Assembly: GCA_002269645.1 (NCBI GenBank)
Contig: NIVC01000512.1
Location: 265,967 to 329,966 of the forward strand
Source: Macrostomum lignano
Taxonomy: Eukaryota
Direction: 5' to 3'
DNA length: 64,000 bases
In this document: piece after piece, positions 13,456 through 27,184 of the stretch
Position numbering within the stretch: position 1 is the stretch's first letter
How the letters are laid out: every line of letters starts with the position of its first letter
Position numbers and translations under genes: made by a program
The notes under the pieces: model-generated
What the model was told of the DNA's origin: nothing
Databases searched by the model: none
The model's input: only the letters and a program-made list of their open reading frames with translations

Positions 13456-13554
13456 GTGAGACATTGGCAAATCTTCACTTTTGCTCACACTATACATAAT
13501 ATATTCCTGAATTTTCATAGAGAAGTGAGGAATCTTAGAGCTAGATTCTCGAAC

Positions 13555-15110
13555 ATTGGGACATTGAGACACTGAGACACGGGACACTGGGACACTGGGG
13601 CACTGGGACACTGGGACACTGGGACACTGGGACACTGGGACACTGGGACATTGGGACACTGAGACACTGGGACACTGGGACACTGACACATTGGGACACT
13701 GGGACACTGAGACACTGGGACACTAGGGCATTGAGACACTGGGACAGTGGGACATTAGGACACTGGGACACTGGGACACTGGGACACTGGGACACTGGGA
13801 CACTGGGACACTGGGACACTGGGACACTGGGACACTGGGACATTGGGACACTGAGACACTGGGACACTGGGACACTGACACATTGGGACACTGGGACATT
13901 GAGACACTGGGACACTAGGGCATTGAGACACTGGGACAGTGGGACATTAGGACACTGGGACACTGGGACACTGGGACACTGGGACACTGGGACACTGGGA
14001 CATTGGGACACTGAGACACTGGGACACTGAAACACTGAGACACTGGGACACTGGGACACTGGGACATTGAGACACTGGGACACTAGGGCATTGAGACACT
14101 GGGACAGTGGGACATTAGGACACTGGGACACTGGGACACTGGGACACTAGGACATTGAGACACTGGGACACTAGGGCATTGAGACACTGGGACAGTGGGA
14201 CATTAGGACACTGGGACACTGGGACACTGGGACACTGGGACACTGGGACACTGGGACACTGGGACACTGGGACATTGGGACACTGAGACACTGGGACACT
14301 GGGACACTGACACATTGGGACACTGGGACACTGAGACACTGGGACACTAGGGCATTGAGACACTGGGACAGTGGGACATTAGGACACTGGGACACTGGGA
14401 CACTGGGACACTGGGACACTGGGACACTGGGACATTGGGACACTGAGACACTGGGACACTGAAACACTGAGACACTGGGACACTGGGACACTGGGACATT
14501 GAGACACTGGGACACTGGGACACTGGGACACTGAAACACTGAGACACTGGGACACTGGGATACTGGGACATTGAGACACTGGGACACTGGGACACTGGGA
14601 CACTGGGACACTAGGACATTGAGACACTGGGACACTGGGACACTGGGACACTGGGACACTGGGACACTGAGACACTGGGACACTGGGACACATGGACACT
14701 GGGATACTGGGACACTGGGACACTGAGACACTGGGACACTGGGACACATGGACACTGAGACACTGGGACACTAGGGCATTGAGACACTGGGACAGTGGGA
14801 CACTGGGACACTGGGACACTGGGACACTGGGACACTGGGACACTGGGACACTAGGACATTGAGACACTGGGACACTGGGACACTGGGACACTGGGACACT
14901 AGGACATTGAGACACTGGGACACTGGGACACTGGGACACTGGGACACTGAGACACTGGGACACTGAGACACTGGGACACTGGGACACTGAGACACTGAGG
15001 CACTGGGACACTGAAACACTGAGACACTGGGACACAGGGACACTGGGATACTGGGACATTGGTACACTGGGACATTGGGACACTGGGACACTGGGACGCT
15101 GGGACACTGG
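13555..15110. repeat. Intronic 8-bp satellite (GACACTGG)n
   Basis: About 190 units with variants. Confidence 0.97.
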
Positions 15111-15172
15111 GCAAACTCTGTCATCAAACGATCCTACGTAACATAACACTGAGTGAAATGTTTAAATTGCAG

Positions 15173-15948
15173 CAAAAGCACTTCCAATACGTCCCCGTGG
15201 AGGACAACACCTGCAACGATGCCCGCGTTCTACTCGCCTACCTGCTCAGCAGAAGGCGAGTCTACAAGTACGTAGCAATAGTGGCCTCCGACTGTTTCCA
15301 ATTAATTAGCAGACACCTGCAGCGACACCTGTTCAGCCACCAGGTTCGCGCATTCACTGGAGATCCAGTTGTTGACATGCGAACGCGGGCTAAGCTGTTA
15401 TCATCCGAAGCTGTGGCGGATGAAGATCGGGTAGAAGGTGATGCTGAGGATGAGGAGGACGGCTCGGAGCTGCAGCAGTTCGTGCTGTTCCACATCGGAG
15501 CCGCACACCTGGCCACCACTGCGCTGGACGCATTTCGACGTCAGCTGAAAATTCCAGCCGACGAACGGTTGCACGTGTTCGTGGAGTCATCCGCGATGGA
15601 GGCGATGTTCGAGACGACCGCCGGCCAGATGCAGCTGAGGTACTTCAGCAGCAGCCCCAGCACTGTGGCACACGTGTTCGGGCCGCACGTTGACGAGCAG
15701 AAGCAGGAGCAGTACTACGATGAGCAGAAGAAGCACATTAGTAAGCTCAGCACCCTGGTGTCCGTGCTGCTGCTGAAGTTCATGGCCAGCTCCCAGCAGC
15801 TGCACATCGCCTATGCCAGGGCGAGGCAGCTGGAGCTGAAGGAGCTGAAGGAGGAGGCGGCGACAGGTCAGCTGCTGCCGGCGAGGTGCTCGGAGGATTT
15901 GGCGACTTGCCGACGGTTGCTGAGCAAGCATTATGAGAGCACCATCAG
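15173..15948 (+). CDS. GluN3-like gene, amino-terminal domain exon
   Basis: Acceptor ttgcag|, open frame QKHFQYVPV...HYESTIR, donor ag|GTGAGG. Confidence 0.65.
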
Positions 15949-16062
15949 GTGAGGCTGGTGCTGGTTGAGTTTGCACGTCTGTGGCAGTATCACGAGTCTA
16001 GCAGTATAAATTATGATTCATAATCCTAGTCCCCTTGTCTCACTTCATCACTAACTGTCAAG

Positions 16063-16190
16063 CAATTCTCTCTTGTGCACGTTCGGCCCCTTCACGTTCT
16101 GGTCGCCTGGCTACAAGCTGGGGAAGGAGAGAGACAGAGTGTTGAAAGACTCGCCTGCATCTGTTCGGGTTCAGAGTAGAAATGAGTCAA
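16063..16190 (+). CDS. GluN3-like gene, possible small exon (3' end uncertain)
   Basis: ctaac branch-like site and AG. The phase-2 join gives RSNSLLCTFGPFTFWSPGYKLG. Confidence 0.35.
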
Positions 16191-17156
16191 AAATGGACGG
16201 GGCTGAATATTTTTACTAAGCCATACACACGCGTTTCGCCTCAGAGAACCTGTACTAGATACATGTCACAGGATCGCATTAGTGCACAAGTATAAGCTGG
16301 TAAAATATCATATTTGTTCAATCAACAGGTTTCGATTGGAAAATCTTTCAAATGGGAAGCGGTAGGACCATGAGATTTGCAACGCAAAGAATGCTTTATG
16401 TAAGGTTTCGCTCAAGGACCACTCCAGTATATCAGGACGCAACACTCCATTTTTACAAAGAATTATATTTGTAATAAAAATGTTGCATGCAGGCAACAGG
16501 CTCTTAAGCCTGCAGGCTCTTAAGCCATTATTGTGGGTGTAATTCTATTTCAATCCCATTCAAATTTGCAGTATACAATATTAAGAAGAATAATTGGAAA
16601 ATAAAGTAAAAAGCGATATGAAAATAAAACTTTCACTAACATCAGAGTAACATGCTGTCCATGCTAAATTAAAAGAGTGATAATCTTCAGCATCCCAGAT
16701 CAAATGCGATCATTGTTTTTGTGACGAAAAAAGGATTATTTCCTATCTCCGCGGTGTATTTTTTCGTGAAAATCGGCCTTCAAAAATTACACGATATTTA
16801 AGTGTAGCGTCCTGACATACCGGGTAGTAGTCCTTTGGTTTTGCATTGCAGATACTTGCGAAGGCGACTCTCGCACACTAATCAAATTTATCCTGTTTGA
16901 TGGATGTTGGCTGGCCAGGAGGTCAGTAGTGCAGTCGCTTTCTTCTGGGACCGTTGACCGATGTCCAATTTATAGAACATCATCACTTTTGTGGAATAAA
17001 TTATGCTTATATAGAATCAATTTCAACTGGCCATTCAACTGACATTGCTAGGATGAATCCATATTTCCATATCGACAAAAGACTATTACTATAACCCTTC
17101 ACAGAGCATTCAGCTGCCCAAAGTTTGCCTGCAATGCGAGTGCAAGATCCTCGCAG

Positions 17157-17726
17157 CAGCAGCCGGTGCTGCCCACCGGGTTCTACAACCTGCGCAAGCT
17201 GCTGCACGGGGTGGCACTGCCGCAGAAGTACGACCAACCCATGGCTGGCCTGCGCTGGATCGCTACTCTGGAATTTGAGGCCACTTGGTCCAGCACTCAC
17301 CGAGGCGCGGTTCAGGTCAGGCAGAAGAATATCGAGCTGGTGTTCACCCTCAACGAGGAGGACCCGCTGGTCCGGATCAAGGAGTTTAGCGGCGAGCCGA
17401 GCGAGTCGCGCTGGGAGTGCAAGCACGGCATGGCCTGCACTCTGCTGCGTCCGAACGGCACCGAGGAGCCGCGGCAGCGCTGCTGTTTCGGCATCGCCAT
17501 CGACTTCATCTACCTCAGCATCCAGTTCCCTGTGCAGCTGCAGTGCGAGAAGATGTTCAGTCAGAAGGCACTCCAACAGCAGAAGGAGCTCTGCGACCAC
17601 CTGCCCACCGTCATTCAGGTTGCCGACGTGCGCGTCTTTCCAAAAGGTGGCTGCTGCGTCTCCGCGGACAACTGCCTGGCGCAGGAGCTCAAAAGCGAGA
17701 GGGCCAACATTGCTCTCGGGTCAAAG
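17157..17726 (+). CDS. GluN3-like gene, S1 ligand-binding exon with NMDA loop 1
   Basis: ELVFTLNEEDPLV...C..GMAC...CCFGIAIDFI resembles the NMDA-type CC.G..ID motif. Ends LAQELKSERANIALGSK|GTTTGT, in phase with the exon at 21628. Acceptor position is ambiguous (cagcagcag). Confidence 0.8.
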
Positions 17727-18363
17727 GTTTGTGCTGTGGCACTGAGTTTGTGCTGTGGCACTGAGTCTGTGCTGTGGCACTGAGTTTGTGCTGTGGCACT
17801 GAGTTTGTGCTGGGGTACTGAGTTTGTGCTGTGGCACTGAGTTTGTGCTGGGGCACTGAGTTTGTGCTGGGGCACTGAGTTTGTGCTGTGGCACTGAGTT
17901 TGTGCTGGGGTACTGAGTTTGTGCTGGGGCACTGAGTTTGTGCTGGGGCACTGAGTTTGTGCTGTGGTACTGAGTTTGTGCTGTGGCACTGAGTTTGTGC
18001 TGTGGCACTGAGTTTGTGCTGTGGCACTGAGTTTGTGCTGGGGCACTGAGTCTGTGCTGGGGCACTGAGTTTGTGCTGTGGCACTGAGTTTGTGCTGGGG
18101 TACTGAGTTTGTGCTGGGGCACTGAGTTTGTGCTGGGGCACTGAGTTTGTGCTGTGGCACTGAGTTTGTGCTGTGGCACTGAGTCTGTGCTGGGGCACTG
18201 AGTTTGTGCTGTGGCACTGAGTTTGTGCTGTGGCACTGAGTTTGTGCTGTGGCACTGAGTTTGTGCTGTGGCACTGAGTTTGTGCTGTGGCACTGAGTTT
18301 GTGCTGGGGCACTGAGTTTGTGCTGTGGCACTGAGTTTGTGCTGTGGCACTGAGTTTGTGCTG
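17727..18363. repeat. Intronic 19-bp satellite starting at the splice donor
   Basis: Unit GCACTGAGTTTGTGCTGTG. Confidence 0.95.
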
Positions 18364-19419
18364 GGTTCTAGGCATTTTCAATAGGTCCTAGGTTTTTCAT
18401 GGGGTACCTACTGAGTTTGGCCTTGACCTCTAGGTTTGTCCCTGGGTAACAAAGTTTGGCCAGGGGTACCAAGTGTTTCCGTGAGTTTAAGGCTTGTCCT
18501 CGAGTCCTAGTTTTTTATCAGGACTCCAGGCTTTAAGTCAGCTTTAAGATTTTCGTGGAAGCCAGGAAATTTGTCTTACTGCATGAGGATTCTACCGGTG
18601 ATCAGTAATTTATTTAAGCTTCACAGCTACGAGTATCCACACTCTGTATCAAAAATATTCCATTAGTCATGAATTCTGCCAGGATATTGTTTAATCTGCG
18701 CCATGATTTCATTATTCATACGGGAATGTTAACTTCTGCCTGGCAACTCTGAGTTGGGAGTATGTATGGCTCCCAGTTCCATCTCAGTCATCGGCAATTT
18801 CTGACCGAACTGACTGCAGGACTCAAGCAGCTTGATCTGCTCACCCCTATGCAACACCCAAGAAGCTCTATTGCCTGAGCGCTCACTGAAGACGCGCTCT
18901 GGAGTGGCTTTTTATTTCCTTTCCAACCCCCGGCCAGGATTCAAGGTTGGGCCGACTCGAATAGAGAGAGAGAGAGAGAGAGAGAGAGGTAGAGAGAGCT
19001 CGAATATTAAATAGCTCTACTATACGTAAAGCAACGGAAAATTTGAAAGCTCTGAAGCAGCCAGTTGCATGGAATAATTATAATTAATAATTCTGTTAAA
19101 GCAATCATTCTCAGTTATATTGTGCAGCAAACTGCAGCAATATAGCGAGGTGTGACAAATGGGTAAGCTGGGCTGCACATCTGAGCTCAATCTGGCCAGC
19201 GTTGCTTTTGTCTCATTTAATCCTCTGGCCAAGTTTTCCAGTCAGCTCGACCCATAGACAAACAAGTTGTTAGCCTAAACCATGGACCCCCTCTCTAGCA
19301 AGCATCTGGACAGGAAGGTTTCCTCCTAGTCTATAGTATTTTTCCTGGCATCCGCTCGTCTTGCTTCAAATATACAGCTCCGCATACTTGATTGGGCTTA
19401 CTTGAATCGTATCTTGAAT

Positions 19420-20055
19420 CGTATCTTGAATCGTATTTATTACTCTCTTGGGCCAAGCCATAGACTACAGAATCGTATTTATTACTCACTTGGGCCTGGC
19501 CATAGACTACAGAATCGTATTTATTACTCACTTGGGCCTGGCCATAGACTACAGAATCGTATTTATTACTCACTTGGGCCAGGCCATAGACTACAGAACC
19601 GTATATTTATTCCTCACTTGGGCCGGGCGATAGACTACAGAATCGTATTTATTCATCGTTTGGGCCAGGCCATAGACTACAGAATCGTATTTACTCCTCA
19701 CTTGGGCCAGGCCATATACTACAGAATCGTATTTACTCCTCACTTGGGCCAGGCCAAAGACTACAGAATCGTATTTACTCCTCACTTGGGCCTGGCCATA
19801 GACTACAGAATCGTCATTATTACTCACTTGGGCCGGGCAATAGACTACAGAATGTATTTATTCCTCACTTGGGCCAGGCCATAGACTACAGAATCGTACG
19901 CTCGTATTTATTCCTCACTTGGGCCAGGCCATAGACTACAGAATCGTATTTACTCCTCACTTGGGCCAGGCCATAGACTACAGAATCGTATTTATTCCTC
20001 ACTTGGGCCAGGCCATAGACTACAGAATCGTATTTACTCCTCACTTGGGCCTGGC
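19420..20055. repeat. 42-bp minisatellite
   Basis: Unit CATAGACTACAGAATCGTATTTATTACTCACTTGGGCCTGGC. Confidence 0.9.
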
Positions 20056-20859
20056 CAGCACTATCTTCAATGACATGACAGTGGTCAGTGTCACTCTGTT
20101 AGCTACTCTTCGATCAGAGCTAATGGGACAGGAAAGGCTCTGCATAAGCTAGAAGTTTAACCTGTCTCACCCAATAGGCTACTAAAATAATATCTGCTGC
20201 TATAAGGATATCAATCAGTCAAGAACAATTCTGCCAACCATCCGGCAGCTTGAAGCTAAAGTTCGCTAAATAAACATGAATCAATACTAAGACACTCGAA
20301 CTCGACAAGATTAGCACGCTCGAAATATTTAGCTAAAAGACCGCGCGGCAGCTCTTCCTGCCTTTCCGGCCCGGGGTGACCTTACAGACCAGAAAAAGAG
20401 TTGTCCGGCCTGGGGTGTTTTTCCAAGGCGAAGAATCTTGCCTATCCCACAGTCATAACGGCAGATGAGGCGATAGGAGTCCTTCTAAACACCCAGGTAC
20501 AGCTGCAGTTTCCGACTCAAGCTAAATTGCCTTTCGCCTCAGCTCGGAGGACGCCATGCAAGATGAGGATGAGGCAGCAAATTCTTGAAATTATCATCCC
20601 TCAACTTATCCCAGTAAGGCCTCGGGGCTTCCGTAAGTTTCCTGCCTGAAATTTTATAGACAATCGCTTTTTGCTGAAAGCATTTACTATCTCTCCGTCC
20701 AAGGATTAATAGCACAGTTTTAAATTGTGTAATAAAACTGCTGTTATAAAATTCCTTTCTCTCACGTGATACCTGGCGTATTGCGTCGCGCGATCTTGAA
20801 GTACACCTACTATAAGTATTTAGTCCCACGATGCTAAAAAGAACTAAATCTCACAGACA

Positions 20860-21595
20860 AGTCAAGTGAGGTTAAAGTACACACTACAAGATCCGAGTAA
20901 ATCAATTCAGTTATGTTAAAGTACATACTACAAGATAAATCAAGTCACGTGATGTTAAAGTACACACTCCAAGATAAATCAACGGGCTTTTCATATTACT
21001 AATTCCAGAATCAGAATCGGTTCGGATCTTCCAAGAAAAACAGCAGTATAACTATTAAATTCTGTTAAATGTTTGACTGCCTTAACAGCCTCACTTTGCA
21101 CAAATTTTCACTTTCTTCTTGGCGATTGTCATTCAATAATAAAAACGTTATAGCACGTATCTCCCTCTAGTTATGGAGACAAAAATTTATACTTCACAAA
21201 TTGGTTCTGGTTCTGGAACCAGAACAAGCAATATGAAAAGGCCCCAAGTCGCCTGATGTTAAAGTACATGCTCCAAGACAAATCAAGCCACGTGATGTTA
21301 AAGTACATACTCCAAGACAAATCAAATCACGTGTTGTTAAAGTACATATTCCAAGACAAATCAAGTCACGTGATGTCAAGGTACACACTCCAAGACAAAT
21401 CAAGCCACGTGATGTTAAAGTACATACTCCAAGACAAATCAAGCCACGTGATGTTAAAGTACATATTCCAAGACAAATCAAGTCACGTGACTTTTAAGTA
21501 CATGCTCCAAGATAACACTCAAAAACAAATCAAACCGCATGAGGTTTAAGTACATACCTGAAGACAATTCAAGTCACGTGATGTTAAATTACACC
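20860..21595. repeat. 39-bp minisatellite, interrupted
   Basis: Unit CAAGACAAATCAAGTCACGTGATGTTAAAGTACATACTC. Confidence 0.85.
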
Positions 21596-21627
21596 TCAAA
21601 TAACATTAAAGTCGCGCGACGTTTCAG

Positions 21628-22095
21628 GTGGTCAGCAACGCAAACTGGCGCCGCGACTTTCTCACCTCAGACCCTTACCTGCTGACCTCGGTGTCAATCG
21701 TGGTTAACCGAACCGAGAAGCTCAGCGGCCGGGCGACCAGATTTGGCTTCCTCTATCCCTTCGACCTGTTCATGTGGATGTGCATCCTGGCCACCGTCCA
21801 CGTGGCCGCCGTTGCCGCCGTCATCTACGAGTGGCTCAGCCCGTTCGGCCTGACGCCCTACGGCCGCAATCGGCGCCGGGTGTTCAGCTTCCCAAGCGCT
21901 CTGACCCTCACCTGGTCTGTGCTGTTCTCGCACACGGTGCAGACTAAGTCGCCAAAGTGCTGGAGCGCCCGCTTCCTGCTGAATATCTACGCCATGTTCT
22001 GCCTCGTCTTCATTGCCAGCTACACCGCCAACCTCGCCGCCTTCATGGTCGGCGAAGGCGAAGCGTCTGACATCGTCGGCATCCACGACAGCCGG
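21628..22095 (+). CDS. GRIN3-like: GluN3-like NMDA receptor, M1-M2-M3 exon
   Basis: YEWLSPFGLTPYGRNRRRVFSFPSAL, KSPKCWSARFLLN and SYTANLAAFMVGE...GIHD closely follow vertebrate GluN3A as recalled. Canonical AG/GT. Confidence 0.92.
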
Positions 22096-22104
22096 GTGAG
22101 TCGC

Positions 22105-22340
22105 CTGTCACTCTACAAGTCTGTCACTCTATGAGTCTGTCACTCTACGAATCTGTCACTCTACGAGTCTGTCACTCTACGAATCTGTCACTCTACGAGT
22201 CTGTCACTCTACGAATATGTCACTCTACAAATGTCACTCTACGAATCTGTCACTCTACGAATCTGTCAATCTAAAAATCTGTCACTCTTACGAATCTGTC
22301 AATCTACAAAACTGTCACTCGACGAATCTGTCACTCTAGC
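22105..22340. repeat. 16-bp satellite next to the donor
   Basis: Unit CACTCTACGAATCTGT. Confidence 0.9.
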
Positions 22341-22864
22341 AGTCATCGAAAATGTCAATTATTTTCCGATTTGTTCTTTTTCTTCATATTTGTTAATCAA
22401 ATAGCATTTTCATGCTCACGAGACTGTGTATGCGAAAGGCACAGCAGTAAAATTTTACAGTAAAAAGTGTTCTGATGAAATGCTTTAAATTTCACCAATT
22501 CCTTCAACTCATTCTGCAGCACAATTCAAATTAATTGCGCCGATTTTTGGCTGAACAAAACTTTCTCAAAACCCCAGTTTAGCAGCCAGCTGTGCCCTGC
22601 AATCAAATCCGTGCCGCTGTCTGCGAATTAATTAGATTTGCAGACTTCCAAGCCTCACAGCTCGGGCTTCTGTTCCTTCTCTTTCCGATTCTCAGCCTCA
22701 AGAGAGTATCCTGTCGCGAAGTGAAGAGAATTTACTTTGAAAATTTTGCATTCCTAACATTTACCAGTGTTTGCGTTCTGCTTGCATATGACTCGTAGCA
22801 TCACATTTAGGAGAAATTTTCTGTCCCGGTTTGGCAGCCCTGCAGCTTAGGTAGGTTAGATGCA

Positions 22865-23030
22865 GATGGGTGAGACAGAGGGAGAGGGAAAGAGGGAGAG
22901 ACACACAGAGACAGACAGAGAAGGGGAGACAGAGAGGGGGAGAAGAGAGAGAGGGAGACAGAGAGGGGGAGACAGAGAGGGGGAGAAGAGAGAGAGGGAG
23001 ACAGAGAGGGGGAGACAGAGAGGGGAGACA
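22865..23030. repeat. AG-rich low-complexity repeat
   Basis: GAGAGGGGGAGACA-type units. Confidence 0.85.
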
Positions 23031-23419
23031 GCCGGGCAAACCCAGACGTGTTTCGCTAATCTAGCAGCTATAAATGGATGCAGATCCTCACACAGTCCCA
23101 TATGACAGCCTTCATGGAGGCAAAGCTCAACAAAAAACGCATTTTAAGTTAGTATTTCAAAATTTCGGATAATAAAATTGGCAAATTATTGATTTTTTTA
23201 TTTGGCAACACAATTTGCTGGGCAGAAAATTTTCTTGCATTGTTCTGCGCCGCATTGCCTTTTTAAACAATTTTAATAATTAATACCCATTTTTGGAACC
23301 TCGCTTTAATCTGAAATCAGGAAAGTGAATGCGTGAATTTTCATTCCTTCATTTTGCCCCCGCCACCTGCTCTCACACGAGGATTTTGCCAGAAATTTAT
23401 CAGCAGAATAAATTGCTGT

Positions 23420-23612
23420 TGCTAAATACAATCTGTGGGTGAATGGGCATAGTTTGTAGGGTGAATGGGCATAGTCTGTGGGTGAATGAGTATAGTGTGT
23501 GGCGTGAATGGGCATAGTCTGTGGGTGAATGGGCATAGTCTGTGGTGGGGTTAATGGGTATAGTCCCGGTGAATGGGCGTAGTCTGTGGATGAATGGCAT
23601 AGTGTGTGGGCA
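23420..23612. repeat. 21-bp minisatellite
   Basis: Unit GTGAATGGGCATAGTCTGTGG. Confidence 0.85.
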
Positions 23613-23847
23613 AATGATCATATTCTACTGGTCTGGTTTGTATAAAAGCGTTATTTTGATAACAAATGCTGCTCGAAGTGAGAAAAGCGATAGTTCCAGA
23701 TAAAAATCAAGCTTTTCCTTTTCATCTACTGTTGAGTGGCTATCCATGTTACTGCAGTTTAACTACATACTGTACTCTAACTTACTATAGTACTGCAGCG
23801 TCACTCACTGCACTGCCTCTGACCTCCAGTTGCCCGAATGTTTGCAG

Positions 23848-23981
23848 ATTCAGAGCGGCCAGATCAGTTTGGGCACCGTGAGGGGCAGCGGCACAGCGAT
23901 TGAGCTGAACAGAACCTACCATCACCTGGTGAAGCACCTCAGCTTCTTTGACACCGCTGAGGAGGCCATGGTGGCCCTAGG
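23848..23981 (+). CDS. GluN3-like gene, S2 exon
   Basis: IQSGQISLGTVRGSGT resembles FGTVRESS. The phase-2 donor matches the next exon. Confidence 0.8.
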
Positions 23982-24029
23982 GTGAGAGTAGGCATCCAGT
24001 GCCTGTCTTTTGGGTTGCGCATTGGACAC

Positions 24030-24708
24030 CTCCAATGGCTTCTAACGGTTGTGTTTTGGGGCGGCGCAGTGGACACCTTTGTGACTTCCAATGGCTTTTG
24101 ACGGTTGTGTTTTGGGGTGGCGCAGTGGACACCTTTGTGACTTCCAATGGCTTTTGACGGTTGTGTTTTGGGGTGGCGCAGTGGACACCTTTGTGACTTC
24201 CAATGGCTTTTGACGGTTGTGTTTTGGGGTGGCGCAGTGGACACCTTTGTGACTTCCAATGGCTTTTGACGGTTGTGCTTTGGGGTGGCGCAGTGGACAC
24301 CTTTGTGACTTCCAATGGCTTCTAACGGTTGTGTTTTGGGGTGGCGCAGTGGACACCTTTGTGACTTCCAATGGCTTTTGACGGTTGTGTTTTGGGGCGG
24401 CGCAGTGGATACCTTTGTGACTTCCAATGGCTTTTGACGGTTGTGTTTTGGGGTGGCGCAGTGGACACCTTTGTGACTTCCAATGGCTTTTGACGGTTGT
24501 GCTTTGGGGTGGCGCAGTGGACACCTTTGTGACTTCCAATGGCTTTTGACGGTTGTATTTTGGGGCGGCGCAGTGGACACCTTTGTGACTTCCAATGGCT
24601 TTTGACGGTTGTGCTTTGGGGTGGCGCAGTGGACACCTTTGTGACTTCCAATGGCTTTTGACGGTTGTGTTTTGGGGTGGCGCAGTGGACACCTTTGTGA
24701 CTTCCAAT
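24030..24708. repeat. 56-bp minisatellite
   Basis: Unit GGACACCTTTGTGACTTCCAATGGCTTTTGACGGTTGTGTTTTGGGGTGGCGCAGT. Confidence 0.95.
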
Positions 24709-24831
24709 GACTTTTTCAAAAACCTATTCAATATGCACCGTGTATTAATCGATTTTCTCTATCGAGAGGAAAGTCGGGTCAATCAGTATAGTAAAAATAA
24801 CTACAAGATGTGACGACTTTTCACCCTACAG

Positions 24832-25102
24832 AAAAGGCAGCATAGGGGCATTCCTATACGACACTGAGCTGCTGCAATACCTGCTGCGAGTCAACCACAC
24901 CTACAATGTGGAATTGGTTGGCAAACCGTTCGGCAGGGTCGGCTACACGGCCGCACTCAGCAGGGAGCTGCGAGAGGCAGGCCAGGACCTGACCGCCACC
25001 CTCACCAACCTGCTCGGCACCAACGATTTCACCGACCAGATGAAGCAGAAGATCGATCTGTGGACCAAAGTGGTGCCGGGAAAAGACAAGCGGCCTCACG
25101 TG
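24832..25102 (+). CDS. GluN3-like gene, S2 exon
   Basis: GAFLYDTELLQY...VGKPFGRVGY...WTKVVPG resembles DAFIMDKALLDY...VGKPFAIEGY...WYRVVPC. Confidence 0.85.
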
Positions 25103-25944
25103 GTGAGAGCAGAGCGTTGCTATGCTATGTGTCAGTCACGACCTTTGCAACTACTAGACATGCGAGATGCGGCAGGTGGTTGCCAGGAGGGTGGGGTTGT
25201 TGTGCGATTCGCAGCCATGAGGGCCAACCCCCAAGGCACAGAGAGTGTACATGCTTGACCATCAGAAAGTCAGGGCTGCTGTACACCCTGTAAGACCGAA
25301 AAATGGAGTCCCTTATTACGAGGAAACGGAAGAAATGAGCCATTCCTGTCTCCGTAGTGATTTTTTTGAGCTAAGCCTGCCTTCAGAGAATTTCTAAGAA
25401 ACAAGATCACCCGTTCTTCCAATTAAAGCGTCAATGCTAAAAATTTGGCATTCGATAGATTGATTTTTCAACTGTCATATTGTTCGTCAGATTGCTGCTC
25501 AGGAGCCCGGCTCTGCTAGCTACTAGCTTAGGCACACACGAACACAGAGAGAGAGAGAATGAGCGAGCAGGGGGATGTTCCAGAGGAGAGGCGGATGATG
25601 GGCAAACACATATTTCCCGAGTCCGCTGGCCTCTCTTCTTCCTGGCGTGCTGTTAAACTGAAAGTTCTTCAGCAGCCTCGACAGCTGGCGGCGGGGGGAA
25701 GGGGCCGACGAAATTCCTGAAGTTTGCCGCCCAGCAGTCGCGGGCCCGAGGCTGGCGGGCATCATGGGAGAGACTTGAGCTGCAGTCGCTGTGTTTGCTG
25801 GGCCTTGCTTTGTTTACCGAGAGCGACAGGTTATGAGGAGTTGGAGCTGGTCAGCTGCCGGGCGGACCGCTGGGTGCTTCTCTGTGTGCTCAACCGGCTG
25901 CTTGAAACTCGACCTTGAATATTTCCGAGTAACTGTGCTTCGGC

Positions 25945-26800
25945 TTGCAGTGAGAATGTGCTGGAGTCACAGTGAGAATGTGCTGGAGAAGGTGAGGGAA
26001 TGTGCTGGAGTCACAGTGAGAATGTGCTGGAGTCACAGTGAGAATGTGCTGGAGAAGGTGAGGTAATGTGCTGGAGTCACAGAGAGAATGTGCTGGAGTC
26101 ACAGTGAGAATGTGCTGGAGTCGGTGAGGGGATGTTCTGGAGTCACAGAGGGAGTGTGCTGGAGTCGGTGAGGGAATGTGCTGGAGTCGGTGAGGGAATG
26201 TGCTGGAGTCGGTGAGGGAATGTGCTGGAGTCACAGAGGGAGTGTGCTGGAGTCGGTGAGGGGATGTACTGGAGTCGGTGAGGGAATGTGCTGGAGTCGG
26301 TGAGGGAATGTGCTGGAGTCGGTGAGGGAATGTGCTGGAGTCGGTGAGGTGATGTGCTGTAGTCGGTGAGGGAATGTGCTGGAGTCACAGAGGGGATGTG
26401 CTGGAGTCGGTGAGGGGATGTGCTGGAGTCGGTGAGGGAATGTGCTGGAGTCGGTGAGGTGATGTGCTGTAGTCGGTGAGGGAATGTGCTGGAGTCACAG
26501 AGGGGATGTGCTGGAGTCGGTGAGGGGATGTGCTGGAGTCGGTGAGGGAATGTGCTGGAGTCGGTGAGGTGATGTGCTGTAGTCGGTGAGGGAATGTGCT
26601 GGAGTCACAGAGGGGATGTGCTGGAGTCGGTGAGGGAATGTGCTGGAGTCGGTGAGGGAATGTGCTGGAGTCGGTGAGGGGATGTGCTGGAGTCGGTGAG
26701 GGAATGTGCTGGAGTCGGTGAGGGGATGTGCTGGAGTCGGTGAGGGGATGTGCTGGAGTCGGTGAGGGAATGTGCTGGAGTCGGTGAGGGGATGTGCTGG
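25945..26800. repeat. 22-bp satellite ending just before the acceptor
   Basis: Unit GGAGTCGGTGAGGGAATGTGCT. Confidence 0.95.
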
Positions 26801-26825
26801 AACCCACCCCCTCAACCACCCGCAG

Positions 26826-26996
26826 AATAAAGTCCGCCTTACGCCCACCAACTTCGCGGGTCCGCTGCTGCTCTTCTGCTTCGGAGTTCTGCTGTCTGGT
26901 GCCACAGCAGCCGCGGAGTTCCTGCTGTACTTTGCCCTGTTCCCCCTGCTGCGCAAGGTCAGGGTGAACCCCGCCTGCTGCCTGCCAATCAGCCAG
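26826..26996 (+). CDS. GluN3-like gene, M4 exon
   Basis: LTPTNFAGPLLLFCFGVLLSG...AEF, hydrophobic M4 helix, phase 0 at both ends. Confidence 0.85.
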
Positions 26997-27184
26997 GTTC
27001 GTGGAGGGTCAGCTCTGGGTCATCCTGATTTAGCACTTCGCATGCACTTTCCCTGGGGGGGGGGTGAGAGATGTTGCCAAATCTGGAGTCAAAATTTACT
27101 TTCTTTATCCATTTTCTTTTGCTTGATGGATTTTCTTAGATGCGTCAGAGATAAACCAATCGAGCGATAGATAGGGCTACGGAG

